From Alphaproteobacteria bacterium (GTDB taxonomy: Bacteria > Pseudomonadota > Alphaproteobacteria > Paracaedibacterales > CAITNM01): DNA of 64,000 nt. Position numbers and translations under genes: made by a program. The DNA is taken from positions 43,644 to 107,643 of the forward strand of contig CANKYV010000001.1 of assembly GCA_947487955.1 (NCBI GenBank). Reading direction: 5' to 3'. Positions 44,000-53,857 of this stretch are shown piece by piece. Within the stretch, counting starts at the first letter, position 1, and each line of letters starts with the position of its first letter. The notes beneath the pieces are model-generated. The model saw nothing but the letters and a program-made list of their open reading frames with translations, ran no database searches and had not been told where the DNA came from.

Positions 44000-45913
44000 T
44001 TGAACTCTTCTTGGACTCCATCATCTGAAAGCACTGAAAATAGCCTACTCACCGAGTTTGCAAAAAATATTTCTTATTCAAATTACCATGATTTGCATAA
44101 ATGGTCGATCGACCATATACCTGAATTTTGGAATATGGTTTGGGATTTTTGTGAAGTAATTGGCGATAAAGGAAGCAAAATTTTAGAAAACTCTACAAGT
44201 GTTGAAAACGCTGTTTTTTTCCCCAATGCACAATTAAATTTTGCCGAAAACCTATTGAAACAGCGCGATGACCATATTGCCATTACTTTTGTTGGTGAAA
44301 ATGCCACCAAGCGACAACTAACCTACCAAGAACTTCATTGGGTTGTTGCAAAAATTGCTGATCATTTTAAGCAATGGGGAATCACAAAAGGTGATCGCGT
44401 TGCCGGATATTTGCCTAATATTCCAGAAACTGTTGCTGCTATGTTGGCTGCGACTTCTCATGGAGCAGTGTGGACAGCATGCTCTCCTGATTTTGGTATT
44501 CAAGGCATTATCGACCGCTTTAGCCAAATAGAGCCAAAGGTACTTATTACCGTTGATGGCTATCATTACAATGGAAAAACGTTTTCATGTCTTGAGCGCT
44601 TACCTGAGATTTTGACGCATTTACCAAGTGTCGAGCGTGTGGTCGTTGTGTCGTACCTAGGCCTTGAACATAATTATTCGCGCTGGGATCAGCTGCTGAT
44701 GACGAGTGATGCCACTGAGATTACATTTACACCTGTAAATTTCAACGATCCTTTGTATATATTGTATTCATCAGGTACGACTGGTATTCCAAAGTGCATT
44801 GTTCACGGTGTTGGCGGTACACTACTAAAACACCTAACAGAACATCAATTACAGTGCAATATTAAGCCTACTGATAGAGTATTTTACTTTACAACGTGCA
44901 GCTGGATGATGTGGCATTGGCTGGTTTCAGCATTGGCTTCACATGCGCATATAGTACTTTTTGATGGATCCCCAACTTATCCGAACCCTACTTTCTTGTG
45001 GGACATTGCCAAAGAATTAAAAATTAATTTTTTTGGTACATCTGCCAAATACTTAAGCACGCTGCACAAATTAGACGTTGATATCAGCAAAACCCATAAT
45101 TTAGAAGAACTGCGCACGATCGGCTCAACCGGCTCACCTTTGGCCCCAGAAACTTTTGATTACATATGGAATTCTATTAAAAAAGATGTACAAATTAGCA
45201 GCTTATCAGGCGGCACAGACATTGTGTCGTGCTTTGTGATGGGCAACCCTATAAGTCCTGTGCATCGAGGAGAAATTCAAGGTTCTACTCTAGGTTTGGC
45301 AGTTGATATATTTGATGAGAACGGAGAATCTATAAAAGATGGCGCTGGCGAATTAGTTTGTACCAAGCCATTTCCCTGCAGGCCCATTGGTTTTTGGAAA
45401 GACAGAACAGGGGAAAAATACCACAATTCCTATTACGCAAGATTTCCAAATACTTGGCATCATGGGGATTTTTGCGAGTGGACAAAACATCAAGGACTGA
45501 TCATTCACGGACGATCTGATACTACCTTGAACCCAGGCGGAGTACGCATTGGCACCGCAGAAATTTATCGCCAATTAGAGAATATTGATGACATAACAGA
45601 ATGCCTGGCAATTGGGCAAAAATGGTTGGATGACGAACGTATTGTTTTATTTGTAATACTTCAAAAAAACAAAATATTGAGTGACGATTTAATTCATCAA
45701 ATCAAACAACACATTCGCAAAAACACAACGCCGCGCCACGTACCTGCAAAGATTATTGAAGTTGCGGACTTGCCTAGAACTAAAAACAACAAGCTAGCTG
45801 AAGTAGCGGTTCGCGATGTTGTGCACGGCAGAGAAATAAAAAATAAGGAAGCATTGCTGAACCCTGATTGTTTGGGAATTTTTGCTGAAATAGCTGAGTT
45901 GCAGGTGGAGTAG
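44000..45913 (+). CDS. acetoacetate--CoA ligase (acetoacetyl-CoA synthetase)-like acyl-CoA synthetase
   Basis: 637 aa with an N-terminal PEFWNMVWDF block typical of acetoacetyl-CoA synthetases and the AMP-binding motif YSSGTTGIPKCIVH. TTG start. Confidence 0.75.
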   Translation: MNSSWTPSSESTENSLLTEFAKNISYSNYHDLHKWSIDHIPEFWNMVWDFCEVIGDKGSKILENSTSVENAVFFPNAQLNFAENLLKQRDDHIAITFVGENATKRQLTYQELHWVVAKIADHFKQWGITKGDRVAGYLPNIPETVAAMLAATSHGAVWTACSPDFGIQGIIDRFSQIEPKVLITVDGYHYNGKTFSCLERLPEILTHLPSVERVVVVSYLGLEHNYSRWDQLLMTSDATEITFTPVNFNDPLYILYSSGTTGIPKCIVHGVGGTLLKHLTEHQLQCNIKPTDRVFYFTTCSWMMWHWLVSALASHAHIVLFDGSPTYPNPTFLWDIAKELKINFFGTSAKYLSTLHKLDVDISKTHNLEELRTIGSTGSPLAPETFDYIWNSIKKDVQISSLSGGTDIVSCFVMGNPISPVHRGEIQGSTLGLAVDIFDENGESIKDGAGELVCTKPFPCRPIGFWKDRTGEKYHNSYYARFPNTWHHGDFCEWTKHQGLIIHGRSDTTLNPGGVRIGTAEIYRQLENIDDITECLAIGQKWLDDERIVLFVILQKNKILSDDLIHQIKQHIRKNTTPRHVPAKIIEVADLPRTKNNKLAEVAVRDVVHGREIKNKEALLNPDCLGIFAEIAELQVE

Positions 45914-45920
45914 AAGCGCC

Positions 45921-47357
45921 CTACTCTTCACCATGCGCCTTGGTATATCCAGCCTTACCATCGAACACGTGCAGCTTTTCAATGTGAGTCCACGCAGCTT
46001 TTTTAGAAACGGCATGTATAAGTTTTTGAATAGTTTCTTCATTCAAAGGCTCATTACTAACAAAACGTGCACATACGTGATCTGTGAGATCCAGCTCGAT
46101 TCCTTCAGTGGCTGGGTAAATTTTCATGCCTCGGCTTGTGATCAGCTTTAACTTCACAGAAGCTTCACTTGCTGCTACCTCCATTAATTTACCAAATTCT
46201 TTGGCAGGTTGAGTGCTTTCAAAAAAGATATCAACCCCTTCAACAAAACGCTCTTTAACGTGCACAGGTTCAGTCGGAATTTTGGTATGGCTGATACTAA
46301 TTGGTTTATAGGCACGGTCTTGAATACCTTCATAACGTTTACCAAGGTTTTTAATGACGGTTTCGGTAAATAGGGTTGTAGGAGCACCTTTTTCATCACC
46401 CACCACATCACGCGTTAGGATTTTATCGACAACACACGTAATGTATAGTGCGTGTTCAATATCAAGAGCTGCTTTAAATTCACCCAAATGACGAAGCATC
46501 ATGATTGCAGACAAAATAACGGCCATGGGGTTTATAACATTTTTACCCGCATATTTAGGCGCGGAGCCGTGCACGGCTTCAAAAATACACACATTATCTC
46601 CGATATTAGCCCCCGGAGCAAAACCAAGCCCACCTATGAGTGCTGAAGATAAATCACTTAAAATGTCCCCGTTCATATTAGTTGTAACAATGACTTCAAA
46701 TTGCTCGGGCTTTTTAACCAACTGATGCGCGCAGTTATCAACAATAATATGGTTTGCTTGGATATCTGGGTATTCTTTAGCGATATCTTCAAAAGTACGT
46801 TTTAACATACCTTCGCTAAATTTCATGATGTTTGCTTTGGTAGCGCAATGAATGGTTTTGCGGTTTTGACTACGCGCAAACTCAAACCCAAGACGAACAA
46901 TTTTTTCGCAACCCTTCCTGGAAATTAGCTTCAAGCACTGAGCCACCCCAGGCGTTTGCATATGTTCAATACCTGCATAAAGATCTTCAACATTTTCACG
47001 CACGATGACTAAATCAATATCACGACCACTGTAAGGAGTAGCTACGCCTGGAAATTCCTTTACAGGACGAATATTTCCGTATGTTTCAAACATTTTGCGA
47101 AGCGTTACATTGGCGCTTTTTTCACCAAATCCCACGGGCGTTGAAAGAGGTCCCTTAAGAGCGATTTTGTTCCTATTAATAGAGTCCATTGTTTCTTGTG
47201 GAACACCCGTTGCTATACCCTTCTTAAAAACTTCTGCGCCTGCTTCACAAACTTCCCAATCGATTTTTACACCAGTAGCATTAACAATTTGGCAAGCAGA
47301 AACTGTCACTTCAGGGCCAATACCATCACCAGGGATTAAAGTAATTTTATAAGACAT
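45921..47357 (-). CDS. icd: isocitrate dehydrogenase (isocitrate/isopropylmalate dehydrogenase family, long C-terminal extension)
   Basis: 478 aa with N-terminal ITLIPGDGIGPEV and the family core (NMNGDILSD, GSAPKYAGK). The ~140-aa C-terminal extension matches the long Icd type I recall from Rickettsia-like alphaproteobacteria. Confidence 0.75.
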   Translation of the reverse strand: MSYKITLIPGDGIGPEVTVSACQIVNATGVKIDWEVCEAGAEVFKKGIATGVPQETMDSINRNKIALKGPLSTPVGFGEKSANVTLRKMFETYGNIRPVKEFPGVATPYSGRDIDLVIVRENVEDLYAGIEHMQTPGVAQCLKLISRKGCEKIVRLGFEFARSQNRKTIHCATKANIMKFSEGMLKRTFEDIAKEYPDIQANHIIVDNCAHQLVKKPEQFEVIVTTNMNGDILSDLSSALIGGLGFAPGANIGDNVCIFEAVHGSAPKYAGKNVINPMAVILSAIMMLRHLGEFKAALDIEHALYITCVVDKILTRDVVGDEKGAPTTLFTETVIKNLGKRYEGIQDRAYKPISISHTKIPTEPVHVKERFVEGVDIFFESTQPAKEFGKLMEVAASEASVKLKLITSRGMKIYPATEGIELDLTDHVCARFVSNEPLNEETIQKLIHAVSKKAAWTHIEKLHVFDGKAGYTKAHGEE

Positions 47358-47564
47358 ATTGAATTTAATCAGAAATTAACTAGGGAAGCTTAGCACATAG
47401 ATTAGCAAGGAGGAAAAGAGCATTTTTCTAAATTATCATCTATCTAATTGCTGAGAATGTTAATAAAATTTTATTTTATTGAAATATATTGACTTAACAT
47501 TGCTTTTTTGCCATAAAAATATCTTGTATTAACCTAAAAGTTCAACTTTAAGACTGAAATAACC

Positions 47565-48908
47565 ATGAAAAGACTTTTTTTTATTCTATTTGTTTGCACG
47601 TTTGTTTTTCCCATTATTGGAATGGATGCAGCTGAAAACATCGACGCAATTCCCGCACCCGCCACACCGGGCGGCGCTGTTATTCCAAAAGTTTCTGCTG
47701 CAACGCTACACCTTAATGCACCTGCTATATCTAATTTATTAGTGAGGAGTATTGAGCAAATTAATAATGTGCATAGAATCTTTTCTGGAAATTACAAAAA
47801 AGAAGATCAACCCAAAATTATGGTGAAAGCTATTCAGGATCTTCTTGAGGAAGGATTATTGAAAAATATTTTTGTTCCTTACTTTGCAGCACCTAGAAGT
47901 AAACATTTTACTCCTGATTGCAAAAAATCACTAGGAACTCATTTAGATGATATTGATGGCAATTCACCAAAAACATTTTTAAAAAAAGGAAGAGCAGATT
48001 TTATGAAGTCTGTTGATGATGATGCTTTTTATACATTTGATACTCATGAGCAAAATACTTTTTTTATTCAAAAAATGTTATTAGATCCGGAATATGGCTT
48101 TGGACTTTATAGAAGCTGTAATAATACCCTCTTCTTAGGTCTGGAATATGGCGAGTACAACGTAATGAAGCTTTTAGGAGGAAACAATCCAGAAACTCAC
48201 AGTGGTGTGGTAGAGCTCCATCACGTATATCAAAATCCAGAAGTCGTTACTATTGTTCCTTATGGTGAACATAAGGGAAATACGCTTCGATATCACAAAT
48301 CAAAGAAAGACAGCAGGATTGATAGGACAACTTGTGCTTCAGAATTTTACTACCTCAAAAAACTCTTAGGTCTTCTTCAAGTAGCAAAAATGTGCACGCG
48401 TGTGCTTCGTGATTGTGATGGATTATCTGAGGATGTCTTGACTAATATGGCATATGTTGAGAATTATACCGGAAATTTAGGCTTAATTGCTAACCCCAGA
48501 GCTGCACTTAAGCAAAATAAGAAATACACTATAGAAGAAGCTTTTTTAACACATCAGGCTTTAGCAGGACATGATCATGATAGGGATGAAGATAGTACGG
48601 ACTCTCAATTTTCAGGTGATGAAAGAAGCGCTAGTACTGAAGGGCATACTAGTAGTTCAGATCTAGATGACAGTCAAGCACTTATCAACGGTACTACTTC
48701 TTCATCAATGGAAGTACTTACCCCAAGCAGCGGAGATAAAAAAAGAAAAAGAGGAATTTTCACGCAAGCAACAGGAAAAGAGAATGATAATACAGATTCG
48801 GAATCAGAAGATGAATTTACAAATATGTTCTTGAGAGAAAATCCGCTAAAATCCCACAACAGCAGTGAAGGAAGCAATACAGAAGAACAAGGAATACCTA
48901 CAATTTAA
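47565..48908 (+). CDS. secreted protein with an LHH/HNH-EndoVII-type nuclease motif, an acidic Ser-rich tail and a KKRKR motif
   Basis: 447 aa with a signal peptide (ILFVCTFVFPIIG). Motif GVVELHHVYQNPEVVTIVPYGEHKGNTLRYH sits at aa ~214-244. The C-terminal 110 aa are acidic and Ser-rich, with KKRKR at 48738-48752. Confidence 0.55.
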   Translation: MKRLFFILFVCTFVFPIIGMDAAENIDAIPAPATPGGAVIPKVSAATLHLNAPAISNLLVRSIEQINNVHRIFSGNYKKEDQPKIMVKAIQDLLEEGLLKNIFVPYFAAPRSKHFTPDCKKSLGTHLDDIDGNSPKTFLKKGRADFMKSVDDDAFYTFDTHEQNTFFIQKMLLDPEYGFGLYRSCNNTLFLGLEYGEYNVMKLLGGNNPETHSGVVELHHVYQNPEVVTIVPYGEHKGNTLRYHKSKKDSRIDRTTCASEFYYLKKLLGLLQVAKMCTRVLRDCDGLSEDVLTNMAYVENYTGNLGLIANPRAALKQNKKYTIEEAFLTHQALAGHDHDRDEDSTDSQFSGDERSASTEGHTSSSDLDDSQALINGTTSSSMEVLTPSSGDKKRKRGIFTQATGKENDNTDSESEDEFTNMFLRENPLKSHNSSEGSNTEEQGIPTI

Positions 48909-50023
48909 GCAGCGTCTCTCCCTTCACCAAGAGCCGCTAGTATGCGAGCAACAGTGCGAATTTCTTCGCACACCTCGCGGCTTAGCTGTTGGCGTCCTGC
49001 TGTGACATCGTCGTGAATTTTGGCCAACTGTGCGTCTAGGCTTCGCCAATATTTTGTTGTTTCTGCTGACACTTCAGATTGACGACCCAAAAGTTGCTGC
49101 ATATTAAATTGGCTTTGTGCAACATTTTGTAAAGCTGTTAGTTGCTGGTTTTGTTGATCAGCAAGCATGTTAAGTTTTTCCGCAAGCTCGCTAAGGCTAC
49201 GCATATATTGCTGACGACTTTCCTCGCCCCGTTGCAATTGCTGAGCTAGAAGTTGCATACTTTCAGCTGCTTGTTCAAAAACACTTTGCGAATAGGTTTG
49301 GCTACCACCTTGTCCTTCAGCATTACCTGTGCTGAGTTTTCCAAGATGAATCCTTTCTTCAATAAAGTAGAAAAAGCCCTGAATTCCTTTATTATACTGA
49401 ACATCAATAAAACCAATAATTAGCGACCCAAGCAATCCAAATAATGAAGAACTAAACGCAGTTCCCATACCAACCAAAGGTGCACGTAGCCCATCTTTTA
49501 GAGTTTTAAACGCATCTTGAATATCGCCTGCTTGTAAATCAATATTTGAAATAACGGAAGAAATGGCTGTAACCGTGTGAGACAGCCCCCAAAAAGTTCC
49601 CAAGAGCCCTAAAAAAACTAACAATCCTGTTATGTAACGGTTAATATCCCTACTTTCATCAAATCGATTTTGAATACTTCCAAATGTTGCTTGTAACATA
49701 AAGCTTGTTGGGCGAGTTTGCTGAAATAATTGCTGTAAAGGCTTCAAGACTTGTGGTTTTGGCACATTACTTTCATGCTCTCGAGATTTTTCAAAAAACG
49801 AGAACCATATAGCTTCACGTCGTAATGAAAAAAACAGATATGCATTGTAGAAAATACCAAACGCAAACAACGCTAGAATGGTTCCATTTAAAAATACATT
49901 CGTTAAAAACGCCGATTTGGCCTGAGGGAACAATGCAACAAGCAAGCCTAGCATTATACAAATGAACCAAAGGGAAATAAAAGCACTACGGCGTATAGCA
50001 GACATAAAATCAAAAATTCTCAA
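48905..50023 (-). CDS. MotA/TolQ/ExbB-type proton-channel family protein with a coiled-coil C-terminal tail
   Basis: 372 aa with four hydrophobic helices. LVFLGLLGTFWGL and GMGTAFSSSLFGLLGS resemble the MotA_ExbB core. The last ~130 aa are Gln-rich coiled coil. Confidence 0.55.
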   Translation of the reverse strand: MRIFDFMSAIRRSAFISLWFICIMLGLLVALFPQAKSAFLTNVFLNGTILALFAFGIFYNAYLFFSLRREAIWFSFFEKSREHESNVPKPQVLKPLQQLFQQTRPTSFMLQATFGSIQNRFDESRDINRYITGLLVFLGLLGTFWGLSHTVTAISSVISNIDLQAGDIQDAFKTLKDGLRAPLVGMGTAFSSSLFGLLGSLIIGFIDVQYNKGIQGFFYFIEERIHLGKLSTGNAEGQGGSQTYSQSVFEQAAESMQLLAQQLQRGEESRQQYMRSLSELAEKLNMLADQQNQQLTALQNVAQSQFNMQQLLGRQSEVSAETTKYWRSLDAQLAKIHDDVTAGRQQLSREVCEEIRTVARILAALGEGRDAA

Positions 50024-50187
50024 ATAATGCTGTTATTAGATTAAATGATAAAATTTTAACAATAAAGGGGAAAGAAGGAAGATGTTTGGAGGACATTGCA
50101 TTACTGAAAATCGTTGCATCCATTAGTGATCTGTTAATGATTCATAATTACCATTTAAATTGGACATATTAATCGAGTAAATATTTT

Positions 50188-50679
50188 ATGAAAAAATTCA
50201 ATACCCTCATACTAATGGTGAACTTATGCTATATTTTAAGCTCTTATGTATACGCAGGTGATAGTAATCAAGAAATTGAATCATCACAGTCAAGCTATTC
50301 GCCTTCTGTTGCAGTTCAACCAAAAACAATAGAAGATCTGTTAAATGACGTATCTTTTAGTGATTATGATGACGTGGCAAATTATATCACACCACACAAG
50401 GAAGAAGGGGTCTATGCATATTTAATAGGTATGGATTTATATCAGGTAACAAAAAGAGAAAATTGTCTTATAGGCAACATAAAACTTGGACAATTAGTAG
50501 AATTCACCTCAACAATATCTAATAAAATAGGGTATTATTTAACAGCAAGAGCGCCTGGACTCATGGTTGATAATACTTACGTTTTTTCAACAGATGAAAG
50601 GGGAGAATTATCTTTTTCTGCGATAAGTTATCCGGACAATGCTGATGATAAATTCGTATCTAAGCCACTATCAAGTTGA
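50188..50679 (+). CDS. secreted hypothetical protein
   Basis: 163 aa with a signal peptide (LILMVNLCYILSSYVYA/GD). No family was recognised. Confidence 0.45.
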   Translation: MKKFNTLILMVNLCYILSSYVYAGDSNQEIESSQSSYSPSVAVQPKTIEDLLNDVSFSDYDDVANYITPHKEEGVYAYLIGMDLYQVTKRENCLIGNIKLGQLVEFTSTISNKIGYYLTARAPGLMVDNTYVFSTDERGELSFSAISYPDNADDKFVSKPLSS

Positions 50680-50726
50680 TAGTTAATAAGCCGAGTCATT
50701 TTCATGCAGAGACCTTGTATACATCT

Positions 50727-51539
50727 TCATTCAGGTAAAATCATCCAACTAGGCTTATGCACCTCAATCGGATAGTTGTTCATTGAGATTTCTGTTTTCA
50801 GCGCCTCAAGCTTCAATATAGCCAGACCAAAATTATCGTTGATAGCACGTAATTCTCCAACTTCTTGACCATCAGCCCAAAATTTTTCCCCGACTGCGTA
50901 TTTGCCTGGAACTTTGAAAGTAATAGGGAAAACACGTTTGCGAATTTGCCCGACATAACGAGAGCGTGCAGTTAATTCTTGCCCCATATAGCAACCTTTA
51001 TTCCATGAAATTGCATGCAGCTCATCCATTCCCCATTCCAAAGGAATTGATTTATCAATAATCATATCTTGGGCACCATCGGGTATTCCAAGACTTAAGC
51101 GTAAAATTTCGTAATCGTCACTTGGTGTTTTATCAATAATGTTTTGATCGTAAAATCTGTATCCAAGATCTTTCAATCGTGGATCGGAAAAACAATTTTC
51201 CATTTCTAGTTTTGCTGAACTTACCCCGACTTGCCAATTCACATTGATTTGAATAGAAATGTCTGCACGTAACTTAAACAATTGCAGTCGCTGTACAAGT
51301 ACCTGAGCACGTGTGGTATTTACATCAATAAGCCAAGCACCCTCTACTTGTATAATAAAAAAATCAAACTGAAATTTTCCTTGAGGAGATAACATCAAGC
51401 TGTAAAGAATAGATTCACTTTCTAAGTGTTTGACATCCTGGGTAATAATTCCCTGCAAAAAAACTTCTCGATCATTGCCCTTTATTTCAATAATGGTGCG
51501 ATTAGTTAAACGGCAATAAAAATCAGTGGGAATTGTCAT
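50727..51539 (-). CDS. ygfZ: YgfZ/CAF17-family folate-binding protein
   Basis: 270 aa with an aminomethyltransferase-like fold pattern and the family signature NKGCYMGQE. Confidence 0.8.
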   Translation of the reverse strand: MTIPTDFYCRLTNRTIIEIKGNDREVFLQGIITQDVKHLESESILYSLMLSPQGKFQFDFFIIQVEGAWLIDVNTTRAQVLVQRLQLFKLRADISIQINVNWQVGVSSAKLEMENCFSDPRLKDLGYRFYDQNIIDKTPSDDYEILRLSLGIPDGAQDMIIDKSIPLEWGMDELHAISWNKGCYMGQELTARSRYVGQIRKRVFPITFKVPGKYAVGEKFWADGQEVGELRAINDNFGLAILKLEALKTEISMNNYPIEVHKPSWMILPE

Positions 51540-51684
51540 AAATGAACATCTTTCCGCAGTATGGACATTCTACACGTTCATCATTTTGGATATGTAAATA
51601 GATGCGCGGATGACTAGGAGTTTCATTACTGGCTGCTCCGTCACACATTACTTCCTTCTCATATACAACTACAGATTCAGTCAT
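51523..51684 (-). CDS. zf-CHCC-type zinc-finger protein
   Basis: Motif HPRIYLHIQNDERVECPYCGKMFIY. The probable start is MTESVV at 51684, which overlaps the hisS end. Confidence 0.6.
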   Translation of the reverse strand: MTESVVVYEKEVMCDGAASNETPSHPRIYLHIQNDERVECPYCGKMFIYDNSH

Positions 51685-52933
51685 TTTTTTTACACAATAC
51701 CTCAAGCACTTCGCTATCTTTTATAGTACGTTCTTTTTCTGGATGCTCAACCGGCAATGTTAGGTCTTTTATCTTAACTGTATTTGTTTTTGCTTCTTCT
51801 TCACCAATCACTACAGCAAAACGTGAGCCTAGTTTATCTGCTTCTTTGAATGCCTTGCCTGGATTTGTTTTATAGATAATTTCGCAAGCCTTACCTTTTT
51901 CTCTGAGCATTTTAGCCAGCTGAATTGCTTTGGAAAAATATTCACCAATGACGATGAATGCAATTGGAACAGGCTTTGCAAATACTCTATTTTCTAAGAG
52001 CAACGCAATACGATCAACACCCATACCCCAACCCACTGCTGGGATTGCAGGACCGCCCATATGCTGCACAAGCCCATCATAGCGCCCACCACCCAAAACT
52101 GCATCTTGTGCACCAAGATCAGTACTTTTGAATTCAAACGCTGTATGCGTGTAATAATCAAGACCGCGTACCAAGGTAGGGTCTAAGGTGTACTTAATAT
52201 TAAGCATTTCTAAGCCTTGGCAAACTTTTTCAAAAAATTGAGCTGCCGATGCAGTTAAGTGAGCTGAAATTTTTGGCGCATTTTCTGCTATACGTTTATC
52301 ATTATCATCTTTAGAATCCAGAATACGCATAGGATTTTTTGCTAAGCGTTGCTGGCTATCTTCTGATAACTCATTCTTATATTTTGAAAAGTATTCAACT
52401 AGCGCCGTACGATATGCATCTCTACTTTCAACATCACCTATTGTGTTCAAATGTAAGCTTGCGTTAATGTCTAATCGATTAAGAATCTGCTGAGCTAAGT
52501 CAAGAACTTCCACATCTGCGTAAGGATTTTCTACGCCAAAAAACTCAACACCAAATTGATGTAACTGCCTGTATCTGCCACGTTGGGGGCGTTCATACCT
52601 AAACATAGGACCGTAGTAGCAATACTTTAAAGGCAATTGTTGCGTAAGGCTATTTGACAAAAGTGCACGCACTACAGGCGCCGTACCTTCTGGTCGCAGG
52701 GTGATTTCCTCACCACCACGATCTAAAAACGTATACATTTCTTTACCAACAATATCGCTGGTTTCACCTACGGCCCGCTTAAAAACTCCTGTGTATTCAA
52801 AAATAGGCGTATCAATGCGTTCAAATCCAAAACAACGTGCAGTTGAAAAAGTTGTATCTTGGATATATTGAATACATCTTGCTAAATCATCTAAAAAGTC
52901 ACGAGTACCTCTAACGGGCTGTAGTTTAGTCAT
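51677..52933 (-). CDS. hisS: histidine--tRNA ligase
   Basis: 418 aa with N-terminal QPVRGTRDFL, class-II motifs (FRYERPQRGRYRQLHQ, GGGRYDGL) and an anticodon-binding C-terminus. Confidence 0.95.
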   Translation of the reverse strand: MTKLQPVRGTRDFLDDLARCIQYIQDTTFSTARCFGFERIDTPIFEYTGVFKRAVGETSDIVGKEMYTFLDRGGEEITLRPEGTAPVVRALLSNSLTQQLPLKYCYYGPMFRYERPQRGRYRQLHQFGVEFFGVENPYADVEVLDLAQQILNRLDINASLHLNTIGDVESRDAYRTALVEYFSKYKNELSEDSQQRLAKNPMRILDSKDDNDKRIAENAPKISAHLTASAAQFFEKVCQGLEMLNIKYTLDPTLVRGLDYYTHTAFEFKSTDLGAQDAVLGGGRYDGLVQHMGGPAIPAVGWGMGVDRIALLLENRVFAKPVPIAFIVIGEYFSKAIQLAKMLREKGKACEIIYKTNPGKAFKEADKLGSRFAVVIGEEEAKTNTVKIKDLTLPVEHPEKERTIKDSEVLEVLCKKND

Positions 52934-52934
52934 A

Positions 52935-53354
52935 TTATGCCATTGTATCCAAAGCTTTTTGGAAACGTCCTGCGTGAGATTTTTCAGCTTTCGCTAAAGT
53001 TTCAAACCATTGAGCAATCTCATCAAACCCTTCTTCACGGGCAGATTTAGCCATACCAGGATACATGTCAGTATATTCATGTGTTTCACCAGCAATAGCT
53101 GCTTTAAGATTATTCGTTGTTGTACCAATGGCAAGACCAGTAGCAGGATCTCCAACTTCTTCTAAAAATTCTAAGTGCCCATGCGCATGACCTGTTTCAC
53201 CTTCAGCAGTTGAACGAAATACAGCTGCTACATCGTTGTAACCTTCAATATCTGCTTTTTGTGCAAAATATAAATAACGACGATTCGCTTGCGATTCACC
53301 AGCAAATGCCTCTTTAAGATTTTGCTCAGTTTTAGATCCTTTTAATTGTGTCAT
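52935..53354 (-). CDS. rubrerythrin-family (ferritin-like diiron) protein without a rubredoxin domain
   Basis: Motifs TEQNLKEAFAGESQANRRY, EGETGHAHGHLEF and AIAGETHEYTDMYP...AEKSHAGRF (ExxH pairs). Start at MTQLKG. Confidence 0.8.
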   Translation of the reverse strand: MTQLKGSKTEQNLKEAFAGESQANRRYLYFAQKADIEGYNDVAAVFRSTAEGETGHAHGHLEFLEEVGDPATGLAIGTTTNNLKAAIAGETHEYTDMYPGMAKSAREEGFDEIAQWFETLAKAEKSHAGRFQKALDTMA

Positions 53355-53419
53355 ATAAAATACCTTGAACAAATTGAACTCCATAAAATATGAGAGGGAA
53401 GCTCTAAAAGGTCAAGTCG

Positions 53420-53851
53420 TTAATTCTTTAAAAGATTTATTGTATTTTGCAACATTAACAAGATACGTTCATATGCTTTGAGACAACCTTCATGGCTACG
53501 AACAGCTTCTCGCATATCCGCCATTTCAAGAACTGCCCTTACATTTGATTCGTACACAAATCCATCTTTATCTGCCGCAGGGTCTTCGGGTGCAAAGACT
53601 TTTGGAAAAGGAGCCCTATCTTTTTGAATTTTTCCCAAACCCACAAGCTGCGATTTAGATTTTTTATCAAAAAATGTCTGAAACGAAGGAATACGTCGAC
53701 CATAAGGCTTTTGACCGGCAACAGTATTTCTAACACCAGCGTTAGCAAGGTTTTCTGCAATAATGAGCATGCGTTTATTTTGTACAATCATCCCGGAGAT
53801 TGTTGTATACAGTGCACGAGACAGAGTGGATTGCGTCTTATCTAAAGACAT
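53420..53851 (-). CDS. flgC: flagellar basal-body rod protein FlgC
   Basis: 143 aa with AENLANA near the N-terminus and C-terminal ESNVRAVLEMADMREAVRSHEGCLKAYE matching the SNV..EM....A.RsYEAN pattern. Confidence 0.8.
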   Translation of the reverse strand: MSLDKTQSTLSRALYTTISGMIVQNKRMLIIAENLANAGVRNTVAGQKPYGRRIPSFQTFFDKKSKSQLVGLGKIQKDRAPFPKVFAPEDPAADKDGFVYESNVRAVLEMADMREAVRSHEGCLKAYERILLMLQNTINLLKN

Positions 53852-53857
53852 AGAGTC

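Noticed and set aside
48905-50023. Zorya (ZorA) anti-phage system.
   Set aside because: There is no ZorB/C/D-like gene adjacent, and the tail is far shorter than ZorA tails. It is kept only as a low-interest note.
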